A DNA stretch of 64,000 bases from NCBI RefSeq assembly GCF_009914755.1, contig NC_060926.1, one strand, 5' to 3'. Position 1 is the stretch's first letter. Each line of letters begins with the position of its first letter. This document shows, piece after piece, positions 1-14,213 of this stretch. The DNA is from the human T2T-CHM13v2.0 reference genome, Homo sapiens. Below the pieces are notes generated by a model. It was not told where the DNA came from. It did no database searches and was given only the letters and a program-made list of their open reading frames with translations. The translations under genes and the position numbers were made by a program.

Positions 1-2289
1 ACACATACGATATAATCTCAAACAATTTTGTGGAAAAGGAAATGGATCAGGGCCTGAGATGATGCTAAAGGTTGTTCTTAGAAATTCCTGCCACAAATAT
101 TCCCCAGTTTACTGCTGGTGTCTACACGAATAGGAAGCTATAAAAAACATAAAACAGACTTGCAGGGAGATGCAAAATATAATCAACCTACATGGTGTCA
201 GTTACTGTGCCTGGTTTAGCTTCCACTGAGCTCTACTATTACAGCTTGAGCTTAACTGCTATTGTACTTAGTTACAATTGAAAGAGTCAGTAACCCAAGG
301 CAAGAAATTGGATTCTTCTATTAAAAAAAAAAAAAAAAAAGGATTGACTCCAAAACAAGAGCATACTGACACCAACAGCTAAAAGGACCTTTTATTCCGC
401 CAAACAATGACAATGTTGGCTTTTGTGAATTATTCCTTACATGTTAAAGTATAAATCTTCATATATATCTCACCTTTCTTTTACACTTTATAAACCACAC
501 TGTGAAGTAGAGACAGGGCACATACCATCAACCTTACTTTACTATTGAGGAAGCAGACACTGAATAATTTGTCCAAGATCCCTGGGACACTACGCGGCCT
601 AGCCCTAGGTAACCTGGTTTCTCATTTCAAGGCTTGTCCCTGACACTACCTTGCCCCAGGCTGCCACTCTAGCCACCCACCAGCCATTTCAGCTAGCCCT
701 CTCACAAGACTCATTCTACAATCTGAAGCTAAGTAATGCAACCTAAATATCAGGGGTTTACAGGCCAACTATAAAGAGCTATTGCTAAGTCACCCTTTAA
801 AGCAACAGGGTCAAGAATGCTGATGTCTAGCCCTATCTCTGCCACTAATCAGCTGCATGACCTTGAGAAAGGCAGTTCCCCTCAATGGGCCTCAGTTTCT
901 GTATCTATAAAATGAAGTTGTACTAACAGATCTTGAAGGATGCTCCCAGGGTCTCTTCCTTTGTATTATTTTAATCCTGTAAAGATACTGGCTTGGTAAC
1001 ATAATTCCTTAAAAAATGTAGTCTGAGATTAATAAAAAATCTACCATGCTTTCCATGATGTGCTCTTAAAAAGGAATATAAAATCAATTTATCCTTCTGT
1101 CATTAATAGTGGTAGCAATTGTAATAGTTATCACTTATTGAATAGTAGGTATGTGCCAGGCACATTCTGCTGTATCTGTGCTGTCCATTTGATCCCCACA
1201 TCTGAGTGTAGTTATCCTTGTTATCTTTCTATAGACGAACTTAGGCACAAAGAGGTTAAAAAACTTGCTGATGGTGAAAAAGGCAGTAAGCGATAAAAAC
1301 AGGATGACTCCAGAACTGAGACACTTAAGCACTCTGCAAAATGTCTCATACCTGTACTTTCATCACCCTTTATCTAGGTTCTGATACATATATATATATC
1401 AGATATATATATATATGATATATGTATTTATTTTATTTTATTTTTTTGCAGATGCTAAAAGGCACACACACAGGGTTAAATATTAAGGTGACCCTTTTGT
1501 AAAGCAGAGAACTCTTACACTGTGAGAGTCAGAGCTCTACTTTGCATGTCTGGGTTACAAGTCAGGTTCACCTGTCAGAGTAATTACTCTAAGTTCACAT
1601 TCCTCAATGCAGGGAAGGGAGGTAGAACAGCACAGTACCATGGCAGTGTCTGCAGCAAATCCCTGATCGCTTCCCTCACAATTACCATAGACAACTTTTT
1701 TATTGAAATAATGGAGCAGGCAGTGAAACAGCCACCGCCAATCTGGCATTCTACACTCAAAAGCTCCTGTGGGCCAGCCCATGCCCAACTCAACAGGAAG
1801 CGATACTTTCCATTGACCTTAACAGTTCATCTTTGCAGCCCAAACCCAACTCCAACAGATCCATCTTACTTAGCCTATGTGTCCCGTCAGTAATTCTGCC
1901 TTTCACCTAAAGGGACCCCATAGATGTTTTCACCACCAAGTGCAATGTCCTGAAAGATCTCATAAGAAAAAGTTACTATAAATGGGACAAATAAGTGCTT
2001 CTTAAAAATTCTCACATTAATAAAATAACAAAAATGAAGTGCCTGGGTATTGACTGAAAGAAATGATGAAAGATGGATGGATGGCAATCATTTCTGTAGA
2101 ATTTCCTCCAGTGACACCCCTCACCCCTGTTCTTCCATTTTGTTTTACATGAGCTCTGCTATGTAAGTATACATCTTCTGCTCTTTGAAGTATGGCACAA
2201 GCCCCACCTCAGGTCTCCTTGAGTCTGCACTAAACAGTATGACTTGGTGGGTAAGAATAAGATCACTGAGGGTTATATAAATGAGCTAA

Positions 2290-2800
2290 AGATGGCTCCT
2301 GGGTTGTTTACTTCTTCACAGAAGACTGACACCTATTGGCTCAAAAGTTGACCAGCACAAACTCAAATTTTTACATATCAAAATGTTTTATACATAGCCT
2401 AAATAATCAGACTTTTTGTCATTTAGAGCCTGCCTACTTTGCAAACCCTTCAAAACTGTTGGCATTTTCCAACCACGGATAGGATAAACCCTATGGCTAG
2501 GTAGACCTCAAGCCACTGGGGCTCTTCATAGGTCTCTGACCACAGACTCCCCCCTGTGTGATGCTGAGCAACATCACCAAGACACATGAGCCTCCTCTAT
2601 GATCTTGGAGAGTTCCTTTCCTCTCCTCCTACTCTGGATGTGGCCCTTGCATGCAAGCTTCTGGATGGTCTCATGGTATAAGGGACTCCTCTACCCTGCA
2701 AGCAAACCTGTCAAAGCATCACCCAAAGAAAGCTTATATATGCTACTGCCACCTTGCAGTCAGGTCGTTCTTCTTGATCAGTCCTCAAACTCCTCACTAG
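2290..2800. mobile_element. Old ERVL-class LTR remnant (family uncertain)
   Basis: LTR-like composition resembling recalled MER54/MER74-type consensus; boundaries approximate. Confidence 0.35.
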
Positions 2801-5527
2801 CTGGAATGTCACTACTGTTGCCTCAGCTCCTTGAACATGGTCTGGCATATAGTAAGTGTTCAATTAATATTACTGAATGAATACATGGAGTCAAACAAGC
2901 TAGAGTTTTAATGCTTGCTCCATTGCTTACTATACCTCTCTGACTTGAGGCAAGTTACTTTAACCTCTGTGGTTTTCCATCTGCATATTAGGTATAAGCA
3001 GAGCTGTTACGAAAATAAACTAATCGGTATATTTAATAGTACCTGACATATAGTAAGGGCTAAGATATATACATATTTACATGCATATGGATGTGTACTA
3101 TTATTAACATTGCTTTACTTAGTTCACTACATTTATATTTTACAAGCTGAATGAAAAGGACTTCCTCACAGCATTCCCTATGGAAGAACACACTGGACTG
3201 GTAACTTTAAATGGCAGTCTCTTAGATGATCCGGTAAGTTCCACAGTGCACTTCTTTCCAACTAGTCTGGAAGCTCTAAGAAGTCTTTTCTCTGTCCCCT
3301 CTATTCTCATACAAAAGTCTAAACTACCAAAAAAATGCTGACAAATAGTAAATGAATGTATCTTTTGGGTCTGGATAAAACTGTGTGGGCACCTGTTATT
3401 CAAGGTTAAGAGGGAGTAAAAGACCTCACTTCACAGGACAGACACTTCATGGCTATGGAGGGCTGACATCTCAGAGGAGGAAGCTGTGTCACAGCACAGT
3501 ACATGAGACAGAGGAGCTGATTATGATTATGATGTGAAAGTGGAAGGTGGTAGTTTCCACTCCTTATGTCCTTTGAAAATACCACCTCCTGTTGGGCAGG
3601 CCTTCTACAAAGCAGCCAGCTATTCTGTGCAAAGGAGAAAGGGAGAAGAAAGTAATGCACTTCAAAGAAGAAAGCAGGTACTGGGAATAATCTCCTGAAG
3701 GAAGAAAAATAAAGCCAAGACAAAAACAGAACACGCCCATCATAAGCTCGGATGATAAAGTTCACAGCGGCCTTTCTGCCTGGCAATCTGGCAAGAAGTA
3801 TTAAAAGCCTTAGGTATAATCTTGACCAATTCCACTTCATGGAATAAATCCTAAGTAAATAATTAGAAATAAAAGAATAAATTTAGCTATGAGGATGTCC
3901 TACATAATGGCCAAGTGAAGAAAAAAAAAAAACAGAGATACAAACTATAGTTGAACTAGTTCCACATAATTAATAATCTACAGCCACTAAAAATGCTATG
4001 GAGGTATCTTTATTGGCATGGAAAGATATCCTCAATATACTACTGAGCAAAATGAGCAAGCAACAAATGAGCAAGCAACAAAACAGAATATATAGTACAA
4101 TGCCATTTTTTTTTTGCAATCTCTGATTCTCCATACTGATATTCACAACTCTTTATTTCCTGCTTGCAGTATCAGTGGTTATCCCTGGCTCGTGGTATCA
4201 TGGGTGATTTAGTTTTTGTTTTTCTCCATTTCCTAATTTTTCATTCTTATTACAACAGCATTAGTACAAAAGAAAAAAAAAACTTTGAAAACAAAAAATC
4301 ATGCACCAAAAAAATGAATGGGCCACATAACCAAAGATGAATGCAAAAAATTCAAACAGTCTTCTAAGGATGGCTAAAGACAATAAGCTAAAGATTCAAT
4401 ATTTAAATACTTTTATGTTATGTCTAAACAAGAATAAGTAAAAGCCTGTTGGTTGAGACACAAAGGCATCATGCTGATCAAAAAGATAACAACAGGACAG
4501 CTCCCACCTGGCATCCATTCTTTGGCTGGGCAACAGGTCTTCAGATGAGAAATCAGCCAATGTTCTCGTAAGGAACTGAAGAGGTGGTAGGAGAGGACCC
4601 AACCACTCTGTAGGCATTTGAGTCTCTGGGACCCAGAGAAGCAATATCCCAGGGCCCTGAAGTAAGTCAGTAATAGTACTGCAAAACTGGTGCTAGGAAT
4701 ATGTGGGAAAGCAGAGAGCAGGTGAAAAGCCAGAAGAGAGGAGGAGTGCCGACACCTGCTGTGTTAGAGTCAGGTGTAATGTCAAAATCTGACTCCCTCT
4801 TCCTAGCTCTGCAGCTACACAGGGAATTTATCAACCTTTCTAAGCTTCAATTTCCTGACTTGTAAAATGGAAATAATAACATATAACTCCTGGAGTGTTA
4901 ACGAGGGATAAAGGAGCTAATGCTTGTTAAATGCCTATTGAGATGCCAAGCACCTGGTAAGCACTTAATAAATACACAGCAGCTCCACACCTATTTTATA
5001 AAACGCTGGGTCTAAAAACTAGGCATCTACATGTCTGACCTTATTTTATTCCTTAATTTTCCATTCACAACTTAAAATTAAGGATTTCCTTTCCTTTATT
5101 AAAGGAGGGATTTTCCTTGAGGAGCATGACAATAATTAAAGTTTTGAGCTGTTTAATTTTTTGTACTGACTCACAAGAATAGGTCAGGGATATGCACCAC
5201 AGCCCTAGAGTTTCTGAGACCTTTTGGGACTCTCATTTCAAGTCAGCTAAAGAAGGGCTTGCAGAAGTGGTAGAAGGGAGGGAGGAAAGTTAATGGTGAC
5301 AGAGCTCGCTAAGAAACCTACGCAGACAGCTCCTGGAAGTGAGGGGTGTTTAAGCAGATGAGGAAAAGAAAAACCCAAAGGCAACCTTTAGCCATCCATG
5401 AAGATTCTTTATCATTCCTGCTGAAAATGTATTGCCAATCAACTGAGGATTAAGTTCACTCATAAAAAAGGAAATAAACTAAACAATACAAATTATAACC
5501 AGGGACTCACAATTTTTTTCCATTCCC

Positions 5528-5826
5528 CTTTTTATTTATTGTTTTGAGACAGGGTCTCACTCTGCCACCCAGGGTGGAGTATAGTGGCATAATCACAGCT
5601 CACTGCAGCCTCAACCTCCCCAGGCTCAGGTGATCCTCCCACCTTAGCCTCCTGAGGAGCTGAGACTACAGGTACATGCCACCATGCCTAGCTAATTATA
5701 GTATTTTTTGTAGAGATGGGGTTTCACCATATTGGCCAGGCTGGTCTCGAACTCCTGGGCTCAAGCGATCTGCCCACCTCGGCCTCCCAAAGTGCTAGGA
5801 TTACGGGCATGAACCACCAGGCCGGA
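5528..5826 (-). mobile_element. AluJ-type SINE in CCDC93 intron 6
   Basis: Degenerate T-tail, then GAGACAGGGTCTCACTCTG...CCTCCCAAAGTGCTAGGATTAC; diverged dimer. Confidence 0.9.
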
Positions 5827-6397
5827 CACGTTTTCCTTTATTCTGATACTATTTTCTCATCAGCTGCGAACACCATTTTATCTAGAGGCTCACAGCAGCA
5901 CAGTTACAAGACTGGGTTTGAATCCTGCCTCTACCATCACCATTGTGACACTGGGCAACTGATATATAACCTACCTGTGTTTCAGTTTCCTGATTTATTA
6001 AAAAGCAACAACAACAACAAACTACTACTTCATGGGATTGTTGTGAGGACTAGATGAGTTAGAGATGAACACCCAGAACAATGTTTGGGCACTATGTAAA
6101 TATCTGTCATTATCTCATATTCCTTAATTCTCTGCAACCACATTACCAAGCAGAAGTGGATTAAAAAAAAAAACCTCCATTAAAAATGAGAAGAAAAAAT
6201 AATGTGCCTCTAGGGGCTTTAACTAATCCATAGGCATAGAGATGCCAGGCTCAGTTTCATTACCAGGATGATTGACAGCTATGCTGGCTTTTGCTCTATG
6301 GCCGAAAACTGTACCATTTTCTCATTCTCTACCCAGGGCTCAGAGTGAGATTTACACATAAAGATATTCGATTAAGCATTAAAAATTTTTAATGTTT

Positions 6398-6694
<297 letters not shown>

Positions 6695-6931
6695 TTAATG
6701 TTTGAATGTGGCTTTTGTTACCAAAAAAAAAAACAAAAAACACCTTAATGTGTACTTACTGTTTTGAATAGGTAATGCACAGACTTAGAATAAAATTCAA
6801 ATAGTACAGAGATTATAGGAAAAAGACAATTTCCCCTTCTCTCCTGCTGCTGGCCTAGCAATTTCCTGCCTCAGAGGTAACATGATTATCACCTTGTTTT
6901 CATATCATTCCAGAGATGAAGTAACATTTAA

Positions 6932-7315
<384 letters not shown>

Positions 7316-8724
7316 AGCAGGAATCTTTTAACAGCATACAAAAGCCCCTACATTGGTAAGTGAAAAAACCACAAAATTATCTTTAAAGTATGATTCCAAT
7401 TCAGTTTAAAAATGCACAATAAAAACATGGAAGAAATATGTCCAAAAATTAAAAGCGGTTGCTTCCGTGTTGTGAAATTAAGGTGAAAAATCAACTTTAA
7501 TTCCCCTACATCTATCAATCTTTTTAAAAACTTGAGGATGCTCTAAACTGAACACCTATTTCACAACCAGGAAAGAAAATTACTCTGAGGTCATATCATT
7601 TTTTCTTGTTATTGTTTAATACTGCCACCAAATCTGAAAACAGTATCTGGCTTTTGAGTGTCACCTTCCCAAAGGTTTTCCACCTCTAACATTTCCAAAA
7701 TGGAATTGAGAAAAAAAACAAATTACAACCATAAAGTGATCAAGATTTTTTGTTTCATAGGAGATTTCCATGTCTTTCATTACCAAATGATTGTTCTTTT
7801 CAGAGTAATCACCTTGGTAGACCACACATTTATTTTTAAGATAAGCCAGTTTGGAATTCTTTTTCTGGAAAGACTCTGTAGGCAGTTCACAAAGCCACAA
7901 ACACCAGGCAATGCCAATCTTTACAATGACACAAGGTATGTAACCCATGCCATCTGTATAAGAAGTACATCTGATATTTCATTTGGGTGGCATATTAATA
8001 CAAGAAACTATGCAACTATGAAAACCAACTAGATGTATGACATAATTTAGATGAAGTAAAAAGCATGCAAAACAACACAACACATTATTTTCAGGAGAGA
8101 GAGACTGTGCACACAGGCACCTAGGCTTCATTCCCTTCAGCTCAGGTAGGAAGGCTGGGGGTGGAGGGTACAGCTAACAAGGTTCCACAGCTCTGGCCCA
8201 GAGTGTTTTATAAAGGGTCAAAGGTTCCACTAACCCTTGTGCTGGCGAAGTTGGGACACATGTGCAGACTCATTGTGATTAAGATGTACTGTGAATGGGG
8301 ACAAACGCCATCCCAGAGCTTCCCGCACACAGCTCAGAGGCTACTCTGTCTATGCAAAGCCATCAAGGGGGTGGGGGACAGAAACCTCAAGTTATCATCC
8401 CCATTCATCATCTGCTCTTCAGAGCTATTCAAAGTTTATACCTGCCATTGGGATAAACTAGGAAGGGCTCTGTGTTTGGCTATTCCTCCCTTAAAAGTGG
8501 AAGTGAGGGGACAGAACAGTAGTGTGGCAGGTTCTCCCTGTGCATACTGGTGTCCTGGCCCTGAGCAGTAAAGCAGGCGGGGCTTCCCTCACACAGCCAT
8601 CTGAGTCTAGCTCCTAAGCGATCCCCGTAGATGGAAGCCTCAGGAGCAGCGCTTTTGTGATTTAACAAAGGGCTATCTGAGGCTACGCAGGACTCTGACA
8701 GAAGAATACGGCCAGGGGACTTAC

Positions 8725-8781
8725 TGAGAGGTCCACAACTGTCTTGATGGCCTTTTCTTTTCTCTTTATGAAGTCATCATC
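8725..8781 (-). CDS. CCDC93: CCDC93 coding exon 6 (57 nt; DDDFIKRKEKAIKTVVDLS)
   Basis: Acceptor ttttgtcttgtAG, donor GTAAGT; phase 0/0 continues the exon 5 frame. The gene continues beyond the left edge of the window. Confidence 0.95.
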
Positions 8782-9544
8782 CTACAAGACAAAACAGAGC
8801 GATTAAACAAATCCCAAGGGAAAATTAAAACTCAAGTGGACCACTCAGATATCTGTCTTATAAATTGACTTCTCATCTCATCACTACTTTGCCTGACGAA
8901 GTCTCAATTTTCGAACAAATTGTAATATATTCTCCATGGGAAAAGGCTACAAACCCTGCAGATGGCTCCAACATAGATCCCTACACAGCCAGTAAGAAAA
9001 AGGGGGTCATAAGGAATAGTGCTTAAGACGAGAGTTCTCATTTCAAATCCTCTTAAGCACTGAAACCTCAGGTAAGTTACTTAACCTCTAAGCCTCAGTT
9101 TCTCTGTCTATGAAACAGAGATAAAAACGCCCATCTCAGGTTGCAGTAAGGATTAAAGAATAAAAGCCATAAGATGTGCTGAGACTAGCATGTAGTAAAT
9201 ACATGATGGCTATTAGCTATTATTGTTTTTAATTATATTATTATTATTATTATTAAATTGTTACTATAGGATGTTCTGGGCAAGTGGCCTCTCAAAAAAC
9301 TTAATACAAAAATCAACTATTATTCTTGTAAGTTAATAAAAGCTCTAGATCAAACACTAAAATTCAGAGAAGATGACAAAATTATAGAGCTTTGCACTCA
9401 GTGGCTATGTAAAGAAGCACTAATGATGCCAAGTGGGGCTGAGAATGTAGGGGAGCCTGAGCTTACTCTGCTCCTTGCTAGAGAGTCTCTTAAGTGTGCA
9501 CTCTGTTTCTCAGTGGGACAAGAAAATAAAATCACAATACTGAC

Positions 9545-9643
9545 CTCAGGGAGACTGTAAGTCTTCTGGAACTGGGATACAGAGTAGGAGCGGATATAGT
9601 CACCCATCTCTTCTTTTGTTTCTATAGCTCGTTTCACCAGCCA
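9545..9643 (-). CDS. CCDC93: CCDC93 coding exon 5 (99 nt; [33 protein letters not shown])
   Basis: Acceptor tttcttccccAG, donor GTCAGT; lies within ORF 9398..9667; phase 0/0. Confidence 0.96.
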
Positions 9644-10497
9644 CTGGGGAAGAAAGTGAAAAGACAAGAGTTGCTAAGGACAACATCCCACTGAAGTGAA
9701 GGCCAGTTCAGACATGGCCCAACTCATGAACTCAAATCAGCATAGTTGAACTGACTAGGTGATAAGAAGCTATCAACACATGCTGTTCTATAGGAAAAGC
9801 AACCAGCTGGGTATCCAAGATGTTAAGATCCAATGGGACCTAGTGCTGAGTAGCCGTGCAGGAGCTTTAAAGCCTTACTTCACATCCTTGAGCCTCAGTT
9901 TTCCTTTCTGTAAAAGTATATCAGTTCCCTTCACCTCACAGAGCTAACATGGGAGTAAATGAAATCACAAGTAGTAGAGTGATTTGTAAACACCTGAAGC
10001 ACAAAACAAACAGAGCTATCTCCCAACTTCCTGGTCCTACTGGCAGATCTTCATGTAAATCTCTTTTTCTTGTGCTCCTTACACGACAGACCAGGGAAAA
10101 GGGAGAGAACCACAGAGAATGCTAGTGTAACTCCCCATTTGACAAGTGAAAAAATGTCCAAAATACTCAGATTTGACAATGGTGCATACTGAGTACGCAG
10201 TTGAAGGCACTGGTTTATCCTGACATTCATAACATTCTCTCTTAATCCTCACAATGTCGGATGGTACTGGCTGAGTTTTACTGAACCTGAAGTGCCGGGA
10301 GACTATATAACTTACTCATGGATCCATAGCTAGCCAGCTGCAAAGCTGGGAGTCACAACTCAAGAGACTATTCTACACCGAAGACTGGACAAATGGTTTC
10401 ATGAAATGTTTCCCAGCTTTGTTAGGCTGATACCCAGAAACAGCTGCTCTTCACTTCTCCCAACTGAAAACTCCAGTTATTATCATTAAAACACCAC

Positions 10498-10577
10498 CCT
10501 GCAGAAGATCCACCTGCAGAAGATCCACCCGCCCTGAGGGTAAAAACCTGCAGAAGATCCACCCGCTCTGAGGGTAA
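10498..10577. repeat. Compound tandem microduplication (CCTGCAGAAGATCCA x3)
   Basis: 15-mer at 10498, 10513 and 10547; the last two copies are each followed by CCCGC(C/T)CTGAGGGTAA. Confidence 0.9.
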
Positions 10578-12874
10578 GGGTGTAAAGTGTAAAAAGAACC
10601 TTTGCTTCTCCTCCCCGGCTCTTCATTCACTCCCTTTATTACTGAAGAACATCACAGAAGGGGTGCCACTCCCTCTCCAGAGAAAGCTACTGCATCTCAA
10701 AAGCAGTTTTGGGATAGTAGCTGTGTTTCGCCAACAGCATATAACACTTGGTGAGGGTTAGCTACCTAGGAAAGCAGGCACATGGCACATAACACTGTGC
10801 TGCACGGTGTTCCCGCAGATGTTTGTTCACAAAGCGCAGCCAGCTCAAGTAAAGCACATGTTTAGGAAATAGCTGCTCAGAATAGAGCAAATAACTCTGA
10901 GGAATATTCCTTGCTGTCAGTATCTTCTATATATTTCTACCACTTCACCCCCAAACAGTGACCTCAGGCAAAGACTAAAATGCAGAAGCAGAGACAGAAG
11001 ATCAGAGAGTATTGAGAACGATTGTAGTCCCTCACCTGTACTCCATCCCAGTAAAACTAAGTGGTCCAGGACAACTAAGGGCCAACTAAGGCAGTTGGCT
11101 CATTGCTCAACTCAATTCAGCCCTGCTTTCTTTTGAATTGGGAGACCCAGTTTCTGGCTTTTCACATCTGCTTCCCTTTCAGAGCTGCTCCCATTAATCC
11201 CAGATCTACCCTGTGTTACCGCCTGGCTGGATCCTGGAGAGCATGATCCCATTATGAAGGGAAAGCTTGTTGAGTCCTAACAGATGTTTTGGAGTTTCCA
11301 GCATGAAAGGCTATAGAGGGAAACTCTTGGACAGCCTAGCTCTGCCACAGGTTCCCTAGCACTCAAGAAAAATATTGACCTTCACAGGAGTCACATGTCC
11401 AACCCAGGAGAAAAAGATATGATCTAGAACTACCAGGGGCCAGAAATTAGATCTGCTTTTTTCTTGGCTGCATCCAGAGAAAGTTACTACAGCTTTGCTA
11501 AAATGGTGTGAACACGGATGATGGGCTTCTAGAATCACATAAGAGAAGTAGGTCAATGGCTTACAACTGCTGGCCAGTGATTATTCTTTCACGAGTGCCC
11601 GGGGGGAAAACAAAACAAACAAAAACAGGCAAAAGCTACAGGCACATGGTGAGTTTCATCATAGTTAAATGTATTTAATTTCAAGGACTGCTTTTTTTTG
11701 AGTTTGAGAATTAAATGGCCATTATTTTATGAAATGATAAAGCAAGATTGTAGTTATTTTTTAAAGTGTCCTTACCTGGAAAACTACAGGTGGCAACCCT
11801 AGGCCAATCTCCATTTTTGCTTTAAAATTTTACAGGTCCATGAAATTAAGAAATTGTAACCACTAGCCTGGGCCCTCCCATCCAGACAGACCCTCTAGCA
11901 TTCCACTCACAATGGAGAACATTCAGACCTTCAAAACACCCAACTGACTGCAGAAGATCACTTCCAATTCTTCTCACAACCTGACTAGATTTTTTTGCCT
12001 CCAAAGTCCTAGTTAAAAACGGTCTAATCTCTAGAGATCCATGTTTTGGGGGAAAGGTAACAACTTCACAGTTTGATGATATTGGAGGTTTCAATAATAA
12101 TCAACACAGGGCCCCAACTTCCTATTTTCATAAAAATGATCAGGTAGTGTCCCCTTGCATAAGAAAGACAGAAAGGCTAACAAACATACAAATAAATTTT
12201 AAGGTAAAGTCTTGGCCTCGAATTTACAAATTTCATGGAATTCGGCTTTGAAGTCTAGCAGAGGGGAAGACTCAACACATAACAGTAACAAACTATGTAA
12301 CACTTAGAGAGCACTTACTAAAATGGTCAGTCTTTCAACTAAGTGCTTTAGACATACAACTAACTTAATTCTCATCCTATCAGGTAGGTGCTATTATTTA
12401 TTTCTATTTAACAGACGGAAAGTTATTTACCCAAGGTCACACAGCTAGAAAGCGACCAACTTGAACCCAGGAGGTCTCCAGGGTCCATACTCTTGACCCT
12501 ATATTTCAAAATCTTAACACAGAACTAGAGAACTTCTAGCTTCAAGGGCTGTGTAGCTTCCTTCTCAGCAGCTGCATGAATGGTGGAGTGGAAAAAGCAC
12601 AGGCTTGGAGACAGAGTTTAGACTGGAACCTTTGTTTGTCCACTCTCCGCCCTTAAGCAAATCAATTACCTTCTCTCAGTCTCATTTTTCCCCAATGTAA
12701 GGAAATTACATTTCTCACTTTCCTCAAATGTAAGGGATTATAATAAACGCTTCAAAGAACTCTAATAGAGTCAGATGGGAAGTAGTGTTCACACAGCGGG
12801 CAACACACCTGAGTCCCTTTGCTCCTCCTCTTTCTAAGATGCCTAGAGGGGAAGAGAAGAACTGCACAGAATGC

Positions 12875-13239
12875 AGTTGTCCCAAGGAATCTGTGGTGGA
12901 TGGGTTCCAGGACCCGCTAGATATTAATCCACAGATGCTCAAGTCCCTGATATAAAATGGCACAGTATTTGCATACAACCTAAACACATCCTCCCCTATA
13001 TTTTAAATCATCTCTAAGGTTATAATACCTAATACAACGTAAATGCTATGTAAATAGTTATGTTATACTGTATTTTTAAATTTTTATTACTTTCTTTTTC
13101 CAGCTTGCTAAATTTATATTACTTTTTATTGTTGTATTGTTATTTTTTATTGTGTTTCCCCCCACCCACCCCCAAACATTTTTGATGCATTGTTTGTTGA
13201 ATTTATGGATGTGGAGCTGCGAATATGGAGGGCCGGCTG
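12875..13239 (+). mobile_element. MER2-like TcMar-Tigger DNA transposon
   Basis: CAGTTGTCCC...GATGCTCAAGTCCCTGATATAAAATGG...GGAGGGCCGGCTG with terminal inverted repeats. Confidence 0.75.
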
Positions 13240-13329
13240 TTTGGGAGCTGTACAGCACGAGCCACTTAATCATAGGGGTTTGGGAAACAGCTGGAGGCAA
13301 AGAGAAGTCTCTCCCTTAGGCATTTAGCC

Positions 13330-13900
13330 ATACGGACTGAATATCTACAAATTGTAAGATGTTCTGGTAGGTACTGGAAACAAAGCAATAAGCAAGACAG
13401 CCATGCAGACTTGCTCTCATGCAGCTTAAGAGTCTAATGAGAGAAGCAGATAAACAATCACACACACATGGATACACATGATTATGAACTGCTGTAAGAT
13501 TCTGGTGAAGGAAAGGAATGTGGCCGTAGGAGTGCATACCATAAAGGAACATGCTGTGGATTAGCGGATGAGGGAAGGCTTTCTTGAAGAGGTTTGGTGG
13601 AACTGAGATCTGAAGGGTTGAAGTAAGCCATATGAATTAAACAGGTAAGGAGAGAATGGAAGAGCATTCCAGCCCAAGGAACTAGCAACGCAAAAGCACT
13701 GTGACAGGTGGAAGAATAAACCTGGGGAAATCTGAATGAATGCCAGAGAGTGCTAGAACAAAAAGAACAAAGAAAAGCAAGGAATGAAATCAAGCTGGAT
13801 AGGTCAAAAGGGAACAGAGCATACCAGGCTACAGAGTTCTGTTTTTACCAAAAAGGCAATGAAAAGTCAGATGAGAACATTCAAAGATCTCATCAGGTGA
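13330..13900. mobile_element. L2 LINE fragment
   Basis: Diverged L2-like motifs (GAAGGCTTTCTTGAAGAGG, GAGCATTCCAG...GGAACTAGCA); boundaries approximate. Confidence 0.55.
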
Positions 13901-14101
13901 CAGCATGAAACTAGGGTATATGCAGGACTGGCAATCTTCTGAAGATGACGACAACGAACACCACCATGTTCTGCTGTACCAAATCTAAGCCACACCCATT
14001 ACATTCAGGATCCAGGACAGACGGACCCATTACAGGACAAGCCAGGCCCATCACAGGAATTCTGATGTTAAGAGGACAAGAAACCACACAGAGGCTCTCA
14101 C

Positions 14102-14213
14102 CTGAACAACAGGAAATATGTGAATAAAATCCATCCCCTGGATCTGGTGGGGCTCCAGCTGGTGTGGGCATTTCATCCTTGGCAGGACCGAGACAATTTT
14201 TTCTGACAGAGCT
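14102..14213 (-). CDS. CCDC93: CCDC93 coding exon 4 (112 nt; (I)[37 protein letters not shown])
   Basis: Acceptor tttttctgaacAG, donor GTGAGA; phase 2/0 completes the split Ile codon from exon 3. Confidence 0.96.

Noticed and set aside
1380-1425. TA-rich hairpin TCTGATACATATATATATATCAGA as a miRNA or functional stem
   Set aside because: Self-complementarity follows from the (TA)n microsatellite; too short and low-complexity.
3406-3840. 144-aa minus-strand ORF in intron 6 as an extra CCDC93 exon
   Set aside because: No resemblance to the CCDC93 sequence expected after exon 6 and no convincing splice-site pair.
4050-4079. 15-bp tandem duplication AAATGAGCAAGCAAC x2
   Set aside because: Ordinary slippage event in old L1-like intronic sequence.
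10498-10577. CRISPR-like repeat array
   Set aside because: Eukaryotic intron; no unique spacers, no cas genes; simple duplication explains it.
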